A DNA stretch of 64,000 nucleotides from Eledone cirrhosa. Lineage: Eukaryota. The position numbers and the translations under genes are program-made. Where the stretch lies: positions 296,174,001 through 296,238,000 of the forward strand of contig OZ024743.1 in assembly GCA_964016885.1 (NCBI GenBank). Reading direction: 5' to 3'. Below are positions 43,115-57,099 of this stretch, piece by piece. Under the pieces are notes generated by a model. It was not told the origin of the DNA, did no database searches, and saw only the letters and a program-made list of their open reading frames with translations. Position 1 is the stretch's first letter. Each line of letters begins with the position of its first letter.

Positions 43115-44674
43115 TTTCTTTATTAGCCACAAGGGCGCAACAAGAAAGGGGACAATACAAAGACATGCCGGGGATGTTACATACAGTCGTGTAAAAAATA
43201 TAAAAACAAACAATTTCAACAATCGAAATCCCCAATAGGGGGAGGCGCTACAAATGGGTTGTTTAATACCCCGTCGATAGAACAACCCTCAACTCAAGGA
43301 GCGTGTTGTGCAAGTGCTCCTTTCTTCCTTTTGCTCTCTTCCTCAACCTACAGGCTTATAAACAGAGAAGGCCCAATCACTCGGGCCATTTTCGCTTCAT
43401 TCACCCACCTTTCAGTAAATTTACTGGGGTGCAGTGCCTCTCTCTCCACCCTGATTCTCCTTCTAAAGTGATACTTAAAGAAGGGAATCAATTGTTGTCC
43501 GGAGAGAAAGGCATCTGTCCTCAGTCCTCTCAACCTCGTCCACCATATAACTTATTTCACCATAGCCACCGTACAGAGGAAAACCGCCTCTCTTTCGTTT
43601 TTGAAAGAGTCTGGCGGTTTGATCCTTACTATGAACTCGGCAGTCAACTGTATTTGTCCCATACGCGACAGCAGTTGTTCTGCATAGTTCCACAGGTCGC
43701 TTACGCCCGGGCAGTGTACAATTGCGTGCAGAACTGTTTCAATGTCCTGCGCACATCTTGGACACGTCCTCTTGGAAGGATCCCTGCCAGGGCGTTCGTG
43801 CCTGTAGATCTTGTCACGAACCGGTAGAGCTCCTCGATAGCACTGCCAGGCCAGGGACCTCTGGAAGTTGTCCATAGGTCCCGGGCGGAAAGTCCTACCA
43901 AACATACTGGTGAGCTCATCGTCTTCGACGCCCAGAGTCTCTCCGAGCATGTCGTCGCCCTTGTAACGTACAATCCCTCTATAGAATGTCGAAGTGGAGT
44001 CTCCACTGATTGCTGCGCCCGCTTGCCAGAGGACTGTGAGCGCCTGAGCGCATTCAATGTGCCAGGCGCCCATCGTTTTCGGTCTTTTCTTCACCCAGGA
44101 CTGCAGCTCCGTTAGCGAGACGAGCTGTGGGAAAGCCTGTCTCACAAACGGTGCCCACACCGGTTGGGGGTCGGTGAGGAATACCTGGAGATGCCGCAGC
44201 CTCAGCGCATGTTTGCATCAGCCACGGCATTCCCAGCCCTCCGTTGGAAGGGTGCTGACAGCAGACGGATCTCCTCACCAGCGGAGCCTGCTTCTTCCAC
44301 AGAAACTGGAAGGGCATGCGTTCCATCTTGGCGAGGTGTTCACGGGGACAAGGCACGACAGTCAAGCGGTAGTAGATGACGGACGCTATGAAAGTGTTCG
44401 CCACCTCCGCTCGACCTTTCAAGGACAGTTTGCACTCTGCCCACTTCTGAGTGAGTGCAAACACCTTAGCCGTGACCTCGTTCCAGTTTTTCTCCACCTG
44501 GAGGTCTGGACCGAACCAGACCCCGAGCAATTTCACCGGTCCGTCCGTCCAGCGTCCAACGACGCTGTCGGATGTCATCGGTTTGCCTCTCCACGTACCG
44601 AGTTGCAAACCGACAGACTTGTCTGGGTTTAGTTTTGCTCCCGTCAGCGTTTCGTATTCTTTCAGTATGTTGCC
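43115..44674 (-). mobile_element. 5'-truncated Tx1/L1-clade LINE (ORF2 C-terminus) in (GATA)n
   Basis: YETLTGAKLNPDKS; VKLLGVWFG; LSLKGRA; GGLGMP; CPRC....ETVLHAIVHCP zinc motif; 3' end GTGGCTAATAAAGAA then (ATCT)n; frameshifts/stops present. Confidence 0.88.
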
Positions 44675-44688
44675 GATAGATAGATATA

Positions 44689-44731
44689 TTTCTTTATTAG
44701 CCACAGGGGCACAAAAGAAGGGGACAAATAC

Positions 44732-44782
<51 letters not shown>

Positions 44783-45318
44783 TTCTTTATTAGCCACAGG
44801 GGCACAAAAGAAGGGGACAAATACAAAGGGAGAAGTTTACATACAATAAAAACGTGTAAAATGTTATCACAGATGGAATTTAAAAGTTAGTCGATTTTCC
44901 CCAATAGAGGGAGACAGTTTATATGGGTAACACATACCCACGAAAAAGATGTGCAACCCTCATCTCCAGGAGTACGAAGAGCTTGTACTCCTTTCCTCTC
45001 CTCCTCCTTTTCCTCAATCTACAGGCTGATATAGAGAGAAGGCCATTCTCGCCACTTTCACCCACCTTTCATAAAACTTGCTGGGGTACAGCACCTCTCT
45101 CTCCATCCTGATTCTTCTTCCAAAGTGGTATTTGAAAAAAAGAATCAGTTGTTGGCCGGAGAGAAAGGTGTCTGACCTCAGCCCTTTCAACCTTGTCCAC
45201 CATACAACCTCTTTCGCCATAGCTATCACACAAAGGAAAACCGCCTCTCCTTCGTTTTTGAAGGAGGGTGGCGGTTTGATCATGACAATGGACTCGGTGG
45301 TCAACTGTATTGGTCCCA
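44689..45318 (-). mobile_element. Two further 3' ends of the Tx1-like family (44689-44731 and 44782-45318)
   Basis: Identical terminus CCCCTTCTTTTGTGCCCCTGTGGCTAATAAAGAA, each bounded by GATA repeats; the longer one encodes ...AKEVVWWTRLKG.... Confidence 0.85.
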
Positions 45319-45329
45319 GATAGATAGAT

Positions 45330-47145
45330 ATACATGGGTGTGTATGATTGTGTATAGAAGATTATATTAATAAAGAATTCCAACTGTGTCTGATTTACTC
45401 GTTTTATTTACAATCCTTTAAAATTTATAATGGTATTAGAATGAAATAGTATGGTAGAATATTAAATGTTAAGTGTTAATTGAACAAGTACTTTCATGCT
45501 TTCGCAATCTTCAGGTTCATAATGTGTGGTGACAGTCAATTTTGCAATTCTCAACTGTAATGAGATGGGTAAATTTTGTGCCTTATATACAGTGAAAAGT
45601 GGCTCCAGAATGCTAAATCTTCCAAACTGTATTTCGACCAATCGGTGTGTAGTTTCACTGGATTACTAAAGCTGATTGGTTTAGGCGTCACGGTTGGTTG
45701 AGCATGTCTAACGACTACTATTTGACCCTATCCAAAGCATCAATTGTTTTGCTATTTTTAGAAATGATGAAAATAGCATTTTCTAGTAATCATCACCATC
45801 AACATCACTTTTATTATTATTATTATTGTTGTTGTTGTTGTTAGTGATCGTAGTCATAATCATACTAGGAGACGCCATTATTAATGTTCATTTAGCTTGG
45901 GTTTGAATTTATCAATAAAATTCTTTTCTTTGATTTTTCTCTTGATTTCACTTGGGCTGTGTAATTTGTAGAATGGGAATATTATAAATATTCCCTGACC
46001 ACATGTTGCTAGATGGTTACTTAGGGGTATCTGACGGACATTTGGGTCTCTGATTTGCTGTCGGTGTACCAGTGCACGTTCCGATAGTGCATTTCCAGTT
46101 TGACCGACATATAGTACTTCACAATTCGGGTATTTAACGCAGTAAATTAGATTTCTGCTTTTGCAGTTCATATTTGCATTTGGGAATATTTTTCCAGTTT
46201 CTGTTTTCATATATTGACCGTTGTGTATGGATTGACATGTACCACATCGACTATCATTGCATTTAGATACAGTGAATGATTGGTCTTTGTTGTTAAGGTC
46301 AAACTTTGCTTTTGTTTGTAATTGCTTCAAATTTTTCGGCTGTCTTTTACTAAGAGTCAAAGGTCGATCTGTGATTAAGCCTTTTAATTCATTACTTTGA
46401 GCAATGATCGGTAGGTTTGCTTTGGCAATGTTGAAGATATTCTGGTGACATGGGTTGTGTGTCATTATAAATATAAATGGTATGACCAGTTCTTGGTTTC
46501 TTCTTCCTTGGGTGGTCCTAAGTTGCTGTATAGGTATTTTATAGCCCGCTGTTTGCCATTTTCTATAAGTAGAGATGGGTATTTTTGTTTGCGCAAAAAT
46601 TCTCTTAGTTCTTGTTAAGCGTTTGTACCTGGTATTCGTATCTTCTACAATGGTACAAATTCTTCTGGCTAGGCAGTATGGGATGTTGCGTTTTGTATGA
46701 GGTGGATGGCACGACTTAAAATCCAGATATTGATGGGTGTCTGTGTGTTTATAATATATATCCGTGGTAATGGTGGTGACGTTTTTGATTATCATTATAT
46801 CTAGGAATGTTAAATTTGGTACTACTAATCTCTTTTGTGAATTGGAGATATGGGTGTAGGTTACTCAGGAAGATATTGAACTCATCCAGAGTATCTAGAG
46901 ATTCTGTCCAGATGATGAAACAGTAGTCAAGGTATATCTTCCAAGATTTTTCAATCTACTTTCTAAAGTCAGTACTATATTTTTCCTCTATTTCTTGGTA
47001 GAGTTGTTGTTCTAAGTATCTCATTACAGAGTTCGCGTAAACGGGAGCAAACTTCGTTCCCATCGCTGTGCCTCTAATTTGGATGTAATTCTTTCCATTG
47101 AAGAAGAAAGTGTTGTTTTCCAGAATAAGTTTAACTGCGTCTAAT
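45330..47145 (-). mobile_element. 5'-truncated second Neptune-like PLE
   Basis: KLILENNTFFFNG...GTAMGTKFAPVYAN...YLDY; ORF 45881-46795 with SCHPPHTKRNIP, CNDSRCGTC, NLIYCV...YVGQT, KEKNFI..LN. Confidence 0.9.
45481..45519 (-). ncRNA. Minimal hammerhead ribozyme
   Basis: TGAAC-CTGAAGA-T-TGC GAAA GCA-T-GAAA-GTAC-TT-GTTCA. Confidence 0.8.
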
Positions 47146-47517
47146 ATAAATGGCGCTGTGAAAACATTTGATCAAGTTGATACCGTTACGGAAATTCTGC
47201 ACAAAAATTCATTCTCAATGGTTTTGAATAAAGTACATTTACATGTCCTCTATATTTCCTTCTCACTTCCTTTCTGTCACACTCTTTATCCTTCTTTGGA
47301 AGAAATCTGCTGGGCTCCGCCAGATTTTAAAATACCCGTAGAAACACCGTATATCAAAACGGCATCCCTATAACTTCTTTGGGAGTTACAGGAACAAAGA
47401 AAGGAAGACATTTGTATGTGTGTATGTCTATGTGCATGTGTATATATGTGTGTGTGTGTGTGTGCGTATGTGTATGTCAGTATGTGTCTGTGTATAATAT
47501 ATATATATATATGTATA

Positions 47518-47563
<46 letters not shown>

Positions 47564-47584
47564 TATATATACACATATACATAT

Positions 47585-47618
<34 letters not shown>

Positions 47619-47784
47619 ATACGGGAGGAGGTTATAGTTCACTTAAAGCATTGTGTAATGAGGTATAAACGTTTGTATATGTATAATAAAACCAAAACAA
47701 TGCAGGTATGGACATAGAATAAAGAATGCAAATGCAAAAGATATTGTTGACAATTAGTCATTTACCTTAGATTTATTTAAATGT

Positions 47785-47819
47785 CCTTAATTTTCGAGAT
47801 AATATCTCTTCTTCGGAGG
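47785..47819 (-). ncRNA. Minimal HHR (U4C variant) in an orphan PLE tail
   Basis: CCT-CCGAAGA-A-GAGAT ATT ATCTC-GAAA-AT-TA-AGG then AATAAA. Confidence 0.6.
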
Positions 47820-48044
47820 GAAGTAAAGCGGTTAAATCAGTGTACCAAATAGCTTGCCAAGTCATGCTGACAGGAAATGGTATAGAGTATCTGTTCTATC
47901 TCTAATGTCAATATATGTACGTATATATATACACATATATATATGCATATATATATATATACACATATATATACATATACACATATTTATATGCATATAT
48001 ATATATATATATTTATACACACATATATATATATATATACATAC

Positions 48045-48117
<73 letters not shown>

Positions 48118-48155
48118 TGTAGACATACAATACAACAGGAGGAACATAATAGTTC

Positions 48156-48193
48156 CACTGATGATGTTGCAGATGTGTAACGAAAGAACTTTG
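48156..48193 (+). ncRNA. HHR-like motif in an orphan PLE tail
   Basis: CTGATGA-T-GTTGCA GATG TGTAAC-GAAA-GAAC-TT; stem I weak. Confidence 0.5.
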
Positions 48194-48408
48194 TTAGACT
48201 ATATATATGTCTTTATATCTATATTATATCTGGATTTTTTACCGTTCGTCAGTCAATGATAAACATTGAGGACCAAATGAATAAACTGTGGAGATATAAA
48301 AGATACAGAAGCGAAAACCAACCAAACAGTGAGTGTGTTCTGTTATTATTTCTGGCAATATTATTACAACAATATGACCCTCTCCATGTATAACAATATA
48401 TATATATA

Positions 48409-48640
48409 TTCTATTCTATTCTATTCTAGGGCGGGTAAAATTCCCGAGATCCATGGACGAGTTCTCCCCAGCGGTCCCTGCCCCATCATCGCTGCCATGT
48501 CCTGCGTCTCTAATAGACCAGTGTCTGTCCTTAGGGCATCAACATACGTTAACCTTGGTCTTCCTCTTCCAGTGTGTCCATGTAGGGGCTCCCACAGGAG
48601 CACTGAGAGCATGTCCAGCTAACTTCAGTCTCCTCTGTGT
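48409..48640 (-). mobile_element. RTE-clade LINE 3' end with (ATAGA)n tail
   Basis: [30 protein letters not shown]...AMM is a typical RTE C-terminus. Confidence 0.8.
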
Positions 48641-49184
48641 CACTTTTGATATACATGCATATATATATATATATATACATATATATAATATATATACATA
48701 TATATATATATAGCTACATATAAGTATGTTTGTATGTGTGCATGCATGAATATAATATATATGTATGTATTTATATATGTGCGTATGTATGTGTTTATAT
48801 ATGTACGTATGTATGTGTGTGTATATCGATCCATTGTAAAAATCATTCGATATAATAAATGCAATCAGTTACAATTATTCTACGTTCATTGATGTACGTT
48901 TATTGTATTAAAACGTAATTGCTGCACCGATCAAATAGCTAATAATTTCTTGCACGATTAAACTACTAAAGCGCTTGATGAAGTAGATTAATGATTACAA
49001 CTTCGATCACATTAATTTTTATTCTTTTTTATTATTTGCCTTTGTGTTGCATTCTTTGTTCATTTCCGATTTCTTTATATATTTCAGCGACCCCCAACCA
49101 CTTTCAAAGAGGTTTTCTGTACATTGAACTCCCGGTTGTTAACGCTTTCAATTTTCCCTACTAATTCATCTAACACACATTCAT

Positions 49185-49224
<40 letters not shown>

Positions 49225-49535
49225 ACACACACGCATATATACACAGATATACACACACACATGGTAAATTGAGAACACCTCGCAATTGCAATAAACTTTC
49301 CATATTCTCTTCTAGAAGCATATCTATTTTTGCATTACTGGTTCGGGGTGAGGGAGGTTGGTATTTTAACCGACCTAATATCGATACATGTATTACAAAA
49401 GAGCCCACAAATACAATCAGCAATTTACGTTCATTTCGATAAATTATATAATTATATACGTGTGTGAGTGCGTGGGTTTTTATGTACGCGTGTTTGTCTG
49501 TATGTGCGTGTGTACGTATATATGTGTATTTATAT

Positions 49536-49591
<56 letters not shown>

Positions 49592-49603
49592 ATGTGTGTG
49601 TGT

Positions 49604-49683
<80 letters not shown>

Positions 49684-49969
49684 ACAAATGTACAAATGTA
49701 CATACATATGTATTTTGATGTATTTTGTATATATACATAGATACGCAGATATATATCTAATATATCTATATGCATACGTATATATATATATATGCTTACA
49801 TTTATATATATAAAGATGTGTATGTGTGTGTGTTTTGTGGGGAGTCTCTTTGATGTGTTTGTGTGTGTGTTTAGGTAAAAGCACAGGGGTATATTTAAGG
49901 ATTATTTTCCTTTAATCCAACAAAATAATATTTTAATAATAGTTACATTAAATGGATTTAAATTTTCTC

Positions 49970-50014
49970 AAATATTACCGGTTTCGATTTGTATCTCAAT
50001 CTTAGCAAATATTT
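49970..50014 (-). ncRNA. Degenerate minimal HHR, U3-A8 type
   Basis: AAATAT-TTGCTAA-GATT GAGATACA AATC-GAAA-CCGG-TA-ATATTT (A6 changed to C). Confidence 0.55.
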
Positions 50015-50708
50015 AAAAGGTTTGTTCTCATATTCTGTGACCAATTAGAACATATGTGAATTTTCTCTCAAAATTCTCTTCTTATATATATGTTTTGTTT
50101 GAAGGTGGTAAGGGTTCGTTTCGCGAGGATTCAATTTATTTATTAGGATATGCCATTGATTTAAATAGAAAATTTCTGTTCTATTCAGAATAAATGTCCA
50201 GGTCACGTTTTGTTGTTCTGTGATGTGTGTATATTTTGTTAGGGATCCATTGCATCAAGAGTCCAAGTTATGTTCTCGGTTTTGTTGTTAAATATTAAAG
50301 AAAAGTGAATAAAAATAACTAAAGGTAGATATAAAGATGATTGAAAGTTCTATTGAAAATACATATACACATATACAAATAAAAAAGTGGATGATATTAA
50401 TATAATTGTTTCTAAATTTGTCACAAGGCCAGCTATTTGAAAGGAGGGGAAATTCGATTAAATGGATTCCAGTGCGTTACTGGTGCTTCATTTTATCGAG
50501 CCTATGAAAGGCAATTTGAACTCAGAAGGTAAAGGGTCATAACCATTTGCCACAAAGCATGTTATCCGCCGTTCTACCGATGCAACCAATCCATCGCTCT
50601 CGGTGATATTAATATCAAAAACACCTTTTGAGGGGAAGTATTGTTTTTGGTGCGATGATATTTTTAAAAAGGTTGTGAGTTTATTTTTAGGGTTAGCACA
50701 TATATATA

Positions 50709-50832
<124 letters not shown>

Positions 50833-50944
50833 AAAAATGTAGTCATCGCAAACGCAGAAAATTACTGTAACAACAATCAATCCCTTTAAATAATAGATTA
50901 GGAAATCGAGTAAATACGCCTCCGGATGTAAAAAGTGGCCAACA

Positions 50945-51016
50945 GCCCCTGTAGAGAATCGAACTCTCTATCTCTAGAATTACTGGCGAATGTTCTTACC
51001 ATTGAATTAAGAGACA
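50945..51016 (-). other. tRNA-like/SINE-head remnant
   Basis: Minus strand TAATTCAATGGTAAGAAC...GAGTTCGATTCTC. Confidence 0.45.
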
Positions 51017-51511
51017 TCTAGCAACATATTCTGTCTGAATTGTAATTAGAGCGAATAGCCTGGATGAAAACAACCTTCTATAAAAACTATCGAAGCTGTA
51101 GGTAGTTTAGTATAGTGAGTCTCCGTCGATTACGACGACGACTATTCCTGTTGATACGATCAAAGGAATAGCCTACTCGTGAAATTAACGTCCATGTGAC
51201 ACAGAATGCAACAAGTCTGGCCTTTCGAATTGAGTGGACTAGAGCAACGGGAAATAAAGTGTCTTGTTGAAGGACACAACGCGCCGCCGGGAACCGAACT
51301 CACGATCTTATGATCGTTCGGCGAAAACACACCGAGCATTATAATAAATGTTTGGTGAATCCATACGTACATATATATATGTGTGCATGTATGTATATAT
51401 ATATACATACTACTGTACGTCTGTATACATATATGTATGTACGTATACATACGTATATTTAATTAACAGCCGTACTAAGAGTGGGAAATGAAATTTCGTT
51501 TCATTTTTACC

Positions 51512-51570
<59 letters not shown>

Positions 51571-53912
51571 CATAAAGTTATAAAGTTCATGAAGACACAC
51601 CTACACTCTCACAACATGAAAATACATTTTTCGAGTAAAGCTTATTCAAAAGTGAAATAAATATACAGAAATGAACACGCACTTGTCTTAGTATTTCAGT
51701 TACACAAATGGGTTACTAGGATCGTTGGAAATCGGATAAAATGCACCAGACCATTTAATTACAACTCTTTATGTTTTGAGTTCAAATCCGATCAAATCAT
51801 TATTGCTCTTAATTCTTCCGCGGTCGATCAATTGAAAAAAACAGTCAGATACTGAGTTCGATTTAATCACACACACACACCCATAAAAACAATTACTGAC
51901 CTTGGGTCTCAAGTAGTAATCAATATTTCTGATTCTCCAACGGGCATACTTGACTAAGGTAAAAACACGAAACCATCATATATAAAGAAATAAACACACA
52001 CATATGCGTGTGTTGGTGTGTGTATTGTGTGGGTAGATGGGGTGAAATTTAACGTAATATTACTTTGTTGTGGTCATGTTCTGGTTGATAACAACGTAAT
52101 CAACATCCAATGTGTAGTGCAATTTAAATATTTTACCAGGTGGGTTAGTTTCCACCTCTGATTAAACAACCAACGGTTAATTATCCACAGGAATGTCGGT
52201 GAGCAGCTTCCTAGGTTTATTTCCTGATTCAGAATGAGATTCAACTTTTTCCCTAGCTAATACGGTGTTCTTGTATTGTTCACTCAACATATCATTTCCC
52301 CTTTCTCCTGATAGCAGCTTACCATTGTTTTTGCTTTATCCTCTGTAGATGACGTAATTAAGTAATTCTCAATATACAGCATAGCACTGTGTGGTCATTT
52401 GAAGACAGATTGAGAGGAGAGAGAGTGTGTGTATATTTGATCTATCGCTTGCATTGTATTTCATTTATCGACTCCATAATGTCGACAGCTGGATTCGGCA
52501 GGATTTGAACACAGAACGCAAAAACTGGAGCAAATAGTATCAAATTTATATTCGGAAATAAGATTGTGTGAGATTAATGTTTTCTCGAAAATATTAGATT
52601 ATATGAAAAGAAATTGCTATGGTGAATAATTGAAGCCCAATTTGTTTGGTTGAGTCGAAACATGATGCACATTTTGTACAGATATTTCTTTAGGTATACA
52701 TGGCGTATATTTGATAAGAAAGGAAAACGTGCGCTAGTGATATACATGCTTGTCTAAAAGGCATGAAGGGTATAAAAGTTATGGAACGTTTTTATTCAGG
52801 AATTGAATTCAGTCTAGTGGACTTCGCTGGCTTGAATGCTTATTACTTGTTCAACAGCTCACGTTACAATTCCTTGAAAGAAAATAGGATAAAACATCGA
52901 AATAAAATAATATATCAAATATAATTTGACTAGAAGCTAAGTAAATAAGAGAGTTGTAACAGGAGACTAATGATAATGGTATTTTTAAAAACAAAACAGA
53001 AAAACAAAAGAAAAACTCAACAAACCGCTTTAAATTAGACGTTTATTGATCTTACTTACGGTAATAAGGAAGCCAAAGATATTCTCTGTTGGCATCAATA
53101 ACACATACGGTAACATAGCTCCAAAAATGGAGAGAACTAAAACCAAACAGATATCCTTTTTATACAAATTTGCTAAATTAATACAAATGGCTTACAAAGT
53201 AGACACACAAATGTATCTAAAACTATAAAAAAAATGGCGATTTTGTTGCGAAATCTTTTTGTTTGGCCTTCTTGTTATTAATTTTAGCTTCCTTGTCCGT
53301 TTTGTTTGTTTTGTTGTATTTTTGTTTTATTTTTGATTGTTCGTTGTTTTTTTTTATTTTATGGTATTTCTGTTATTGTTGATGTTGACTTTTTGTTTTG
53401 TATTTATCTTCATTTTCTTTATATATTTAGTGGTGGTGAGGAGATATTTTTTTCCTCCATGATTACTGTAAATTACTAACTAAATTGGTTGACGAAGAAC
53501 ATATTATTTCCATTCTTTATTTGTTTTTTGCATTTTGGGTTTTGTTTCGTACAAATGAAAAACATATATACACACATATATATAGCCAAACACGCGCACA
53601 CGCACACACTCAATCATATACATAGAAAAACACACATATACATAAATACATACATACATAAATACATGCGGACATGCATGTATACATACGTGCATATATA
53701 CACACTCATATTCATACATACATACAAGCAGACAATCATACATACATACATACATACATACATACATAGAAACAGACAGACGGAAGGAAGTGTGTACAAA
53801 TAAATGGCCACAGAGAAACATAGTTAATTCTTTAAATAGATTCACAGAAAATGAGAATAAGAAAGAGAGTGAGGAGATATGTTATATATATACATATATA
53901 TATGTGTGTGCT

Positions 53913-53956
<44 letters not shown>

Positions 53957-56782
53957 TATATACATATATACACACATACTTACAACTTCAATTGTGTGTT
54001 CATTATATATATATATATATATCCTGAGAGATAAACAAACAGGGCTCAATACAACAAGTCTAACGTAGCACTGACATTGCTTAGAGCTGTCAGATGTATC
54101 TGCCAGTGTTTCGTATTTTAAGCTTGGTAGGTTGAACTATTGAGACATTCCTGTCTTGTAACGATGACACTGACAACATAGAAACTTTATCACTTCGCCA
54201 ACAGACCAAAATATTGATTTCTTACACATGTCTACTGCCAAAATGTCACTGCTATATTTTTTATAGATCAGGGAAGAATGAAATATAAAGTTGAATTCAT
54301 TGGAATTTGAAATCAGATGTAAGGGAAGAGAGAAGGAATCGTAGATTCAGGTTTTTGTTTTTATTCTGTTACCGGTTTCAGGAGTCATTAGACGGGACCA
54401 TGCTGGTACACCGAACTGAAGGAATTTAGTCGATCATACCGACCTGGTAATTATTTCTTTCTAGTCAGGTACTTATTTGATCCGTGTCGTCTTTGTCGAA
54501 TCACTACGTAAACAAAGTGTAAACCTAAAGTTAGAAACACATACACACATACACACATACATCCATACACACTTACATACATACATACATACATTCATAC
54601 ATACATACATACATACATACATACATACATACATACATACATACATACATACATACATACATACATACATACATACATACATACATGATGGCTGCAAACT
54701 CTGCTACGAGTATTGCAATCGCTGGGATTATGTTTACTTTTCATTTTTACTTTGACTGATAAAATATATACCAGTCAAGTATTGGGTAGATTATATACAC
54801 AATTTCCTCTGTGAAACAATTTGTGGCTATATGCCAAAGCTAGAAATCTTTATCGTTATTACAGGTTGGTTGAAAAGTATATATTTTCGTCATTGTTATT
54901 ATAACCTGTCTAAACTTGAAAAATTTAACGATAAAGAAATGGTTTGGCATGTGGCCATTTACACCGAAAATATTTCGCATCACAATTTAGTGACCAATAT
55001 ATTTCTATCATAACTCGTTGGAATATTTCCACGCTGGTTTTACTACTATGCAGATTATTTTCTCATTCTTTATGAATTCGATTTTCGTGTAGATTTACAT
55101 ACATGTGGCAATTCTGCTTAACTGCTTTTGTTACATATCTCTTGCTTAGAAAACGCAATCGAGCCTGTCCAGACAGTACTGTAATATATATGATGTATCC
55201 GTAACTAGAATAGAACGTCCTATATACTCGGTTCAATATACAATCGTAGTTAATAGATTATATGTTCTAATTTTTCTCTGCTTTGTTTTTACATTTTACT
55301 TGTTGGACTTATATTCGTAGCAGTAAAATAGTGGAATTGATACACTTCAATATAAGAAAAAACGTTAAAACCTGTGCCAAGTCCAGAGGCTTATAGCTTA
55401 GCCCAGGTTCATTGGTGTTAAGCGGTTAGAGTACAAGACTCCATTCTAGATGAAACACTAGTCTCTGTCTGAGTTAACTCCTAGCTATTGCTGCTACTAG
55501 TGTTCATTTAGCAAGTAAGGTGAAATGAAGTGTCTTGCTTCAGAGCACAAAACGCTGTCTGGTTCGGGATTTGAATCCCTGATTTTGATTTTGAGCCAAA
55601 CATCCTAAACCACTAGTCCGTGCGCTTTCAGTAAAATAGTTGAATCGGTTTCATTGATTAAAAAGTGTTAAACATTATAAAATTCTGTGTTATTGCTCTC
55701 AGCACTGCTGGTAACATATAAGGCAGTACAACGTTTTGCGTGGTCGAGGCGTCGGTGATGAAACCGCCATCTCCATAAGGCAAATCATGAGAGGAAAGTA
55801 GCTAGAAACTTAGTAGAAAACATATGGCCTGTCAAATGAACGGATGAGCCAGCGTAGTATTTAACAATAGTCACAAGAACATTGAAGTACATTGTAAGAC
55901 CACTGAAGAATGGTGGAACACTGGTTGTTTTTACCTCAATTACTCGCAAGTAAGATTCTCTCTCGGTTTCATCGATGGGTATTCAGTTTTTCGATTAAGT
56001 GAAAGACCATATCATGTAGTAACTCATAACTGGATGTGTATTTCACAGATGCCTATACTTCCAACGTCTCATAATGTCATGAAAGGCCATGGACATTATA
56101 TAAAAATAATTGAGCATTATCTAATAAAAACGAAACACATTACTTAAGAGAACAGAAAAGGACGAAGAAAAAAGAAAATGAAAAGAAGATAAAGTAAATA
56201 AGGATCAAGCGGCGAAATAGAGGGAGGGGAGAGGGACAGTCACTACAATCCAGTCGGAGCCGTCCCTCAGCCGGCCCCATAGACAAAAATTGCAAAAATG
56301 TTACCGTGGAGAATAGCCGGGGGACACCCGCTGCAACAGCCACCCCATACAATCGCAATTGCAAATGTAATTCCAAAGCTGAATAAGCGTTGACAATTTA
56401 TATGAGAGAAGAGTGAAATTATATGATGACTGAACTATTCTTGTGGGAAAAGAAGGAGAAACTTGAAAGTGAAATTAAAATCAAAGTAATGAATGCCCAA
56501 GCCTTTTCTATCATCTCATCTAAACGATTTTATATAACTTAATTAGATGTCATCCAAAGTTTGCTTGGTTTCATCAGGAGAGAAAGCCATATAGTTCTAC
56601 AATAACTATGTTTCGTTGATTTGAATACTAATTATCGCAGCTTTCCCTTAGTTCTCTTACTTTTATAGAGGGTTAAATCTCCTTTAAGCTTTGTTTCTCA
56701 TCTTGGTGTGTCTCTGTCTTAGTAACAGTATTACAACACCTATGTATTACAACAAATGTTTACGTTAAATCATAGTTTAGCT

Positions 56783-57099
56783 CAGATGTTCTCCAAGTGG
56801 GCGTTACCACCCCTGGGGAGCGTTGGGAAAGTCCAGAGAGCGCTGGGGCCTAAGGAGGTGGTGGGGTTAGAGATGATATAATAGTATATCAAATATGAAA
56901 GGATACATATTATATATAAATATAATAAAATAAGAAATAGATAATATTTATTTATACGTAGTATATATTATATTATTATGTATATAAAATAAACGATTTT
57001 ATTTATTATATAATATTTACAATTTGCGTGTGGGCAGGTCTCTCTGGAAATAGGGGTGCGCTGAGGGGGGCGGGGGCCCCAAACGTTTGAGAACCTCTG
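56783..57099. mobile_element. hAT (Charlie-like) MITE
   Basis: TIRs CAGATGTTCTCCAA / TTTGAGAACCTCTG; perfect 8-bp TSD GTTTAGCT at 56775-56782 and 57100-57107. Confidence 0.9.
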
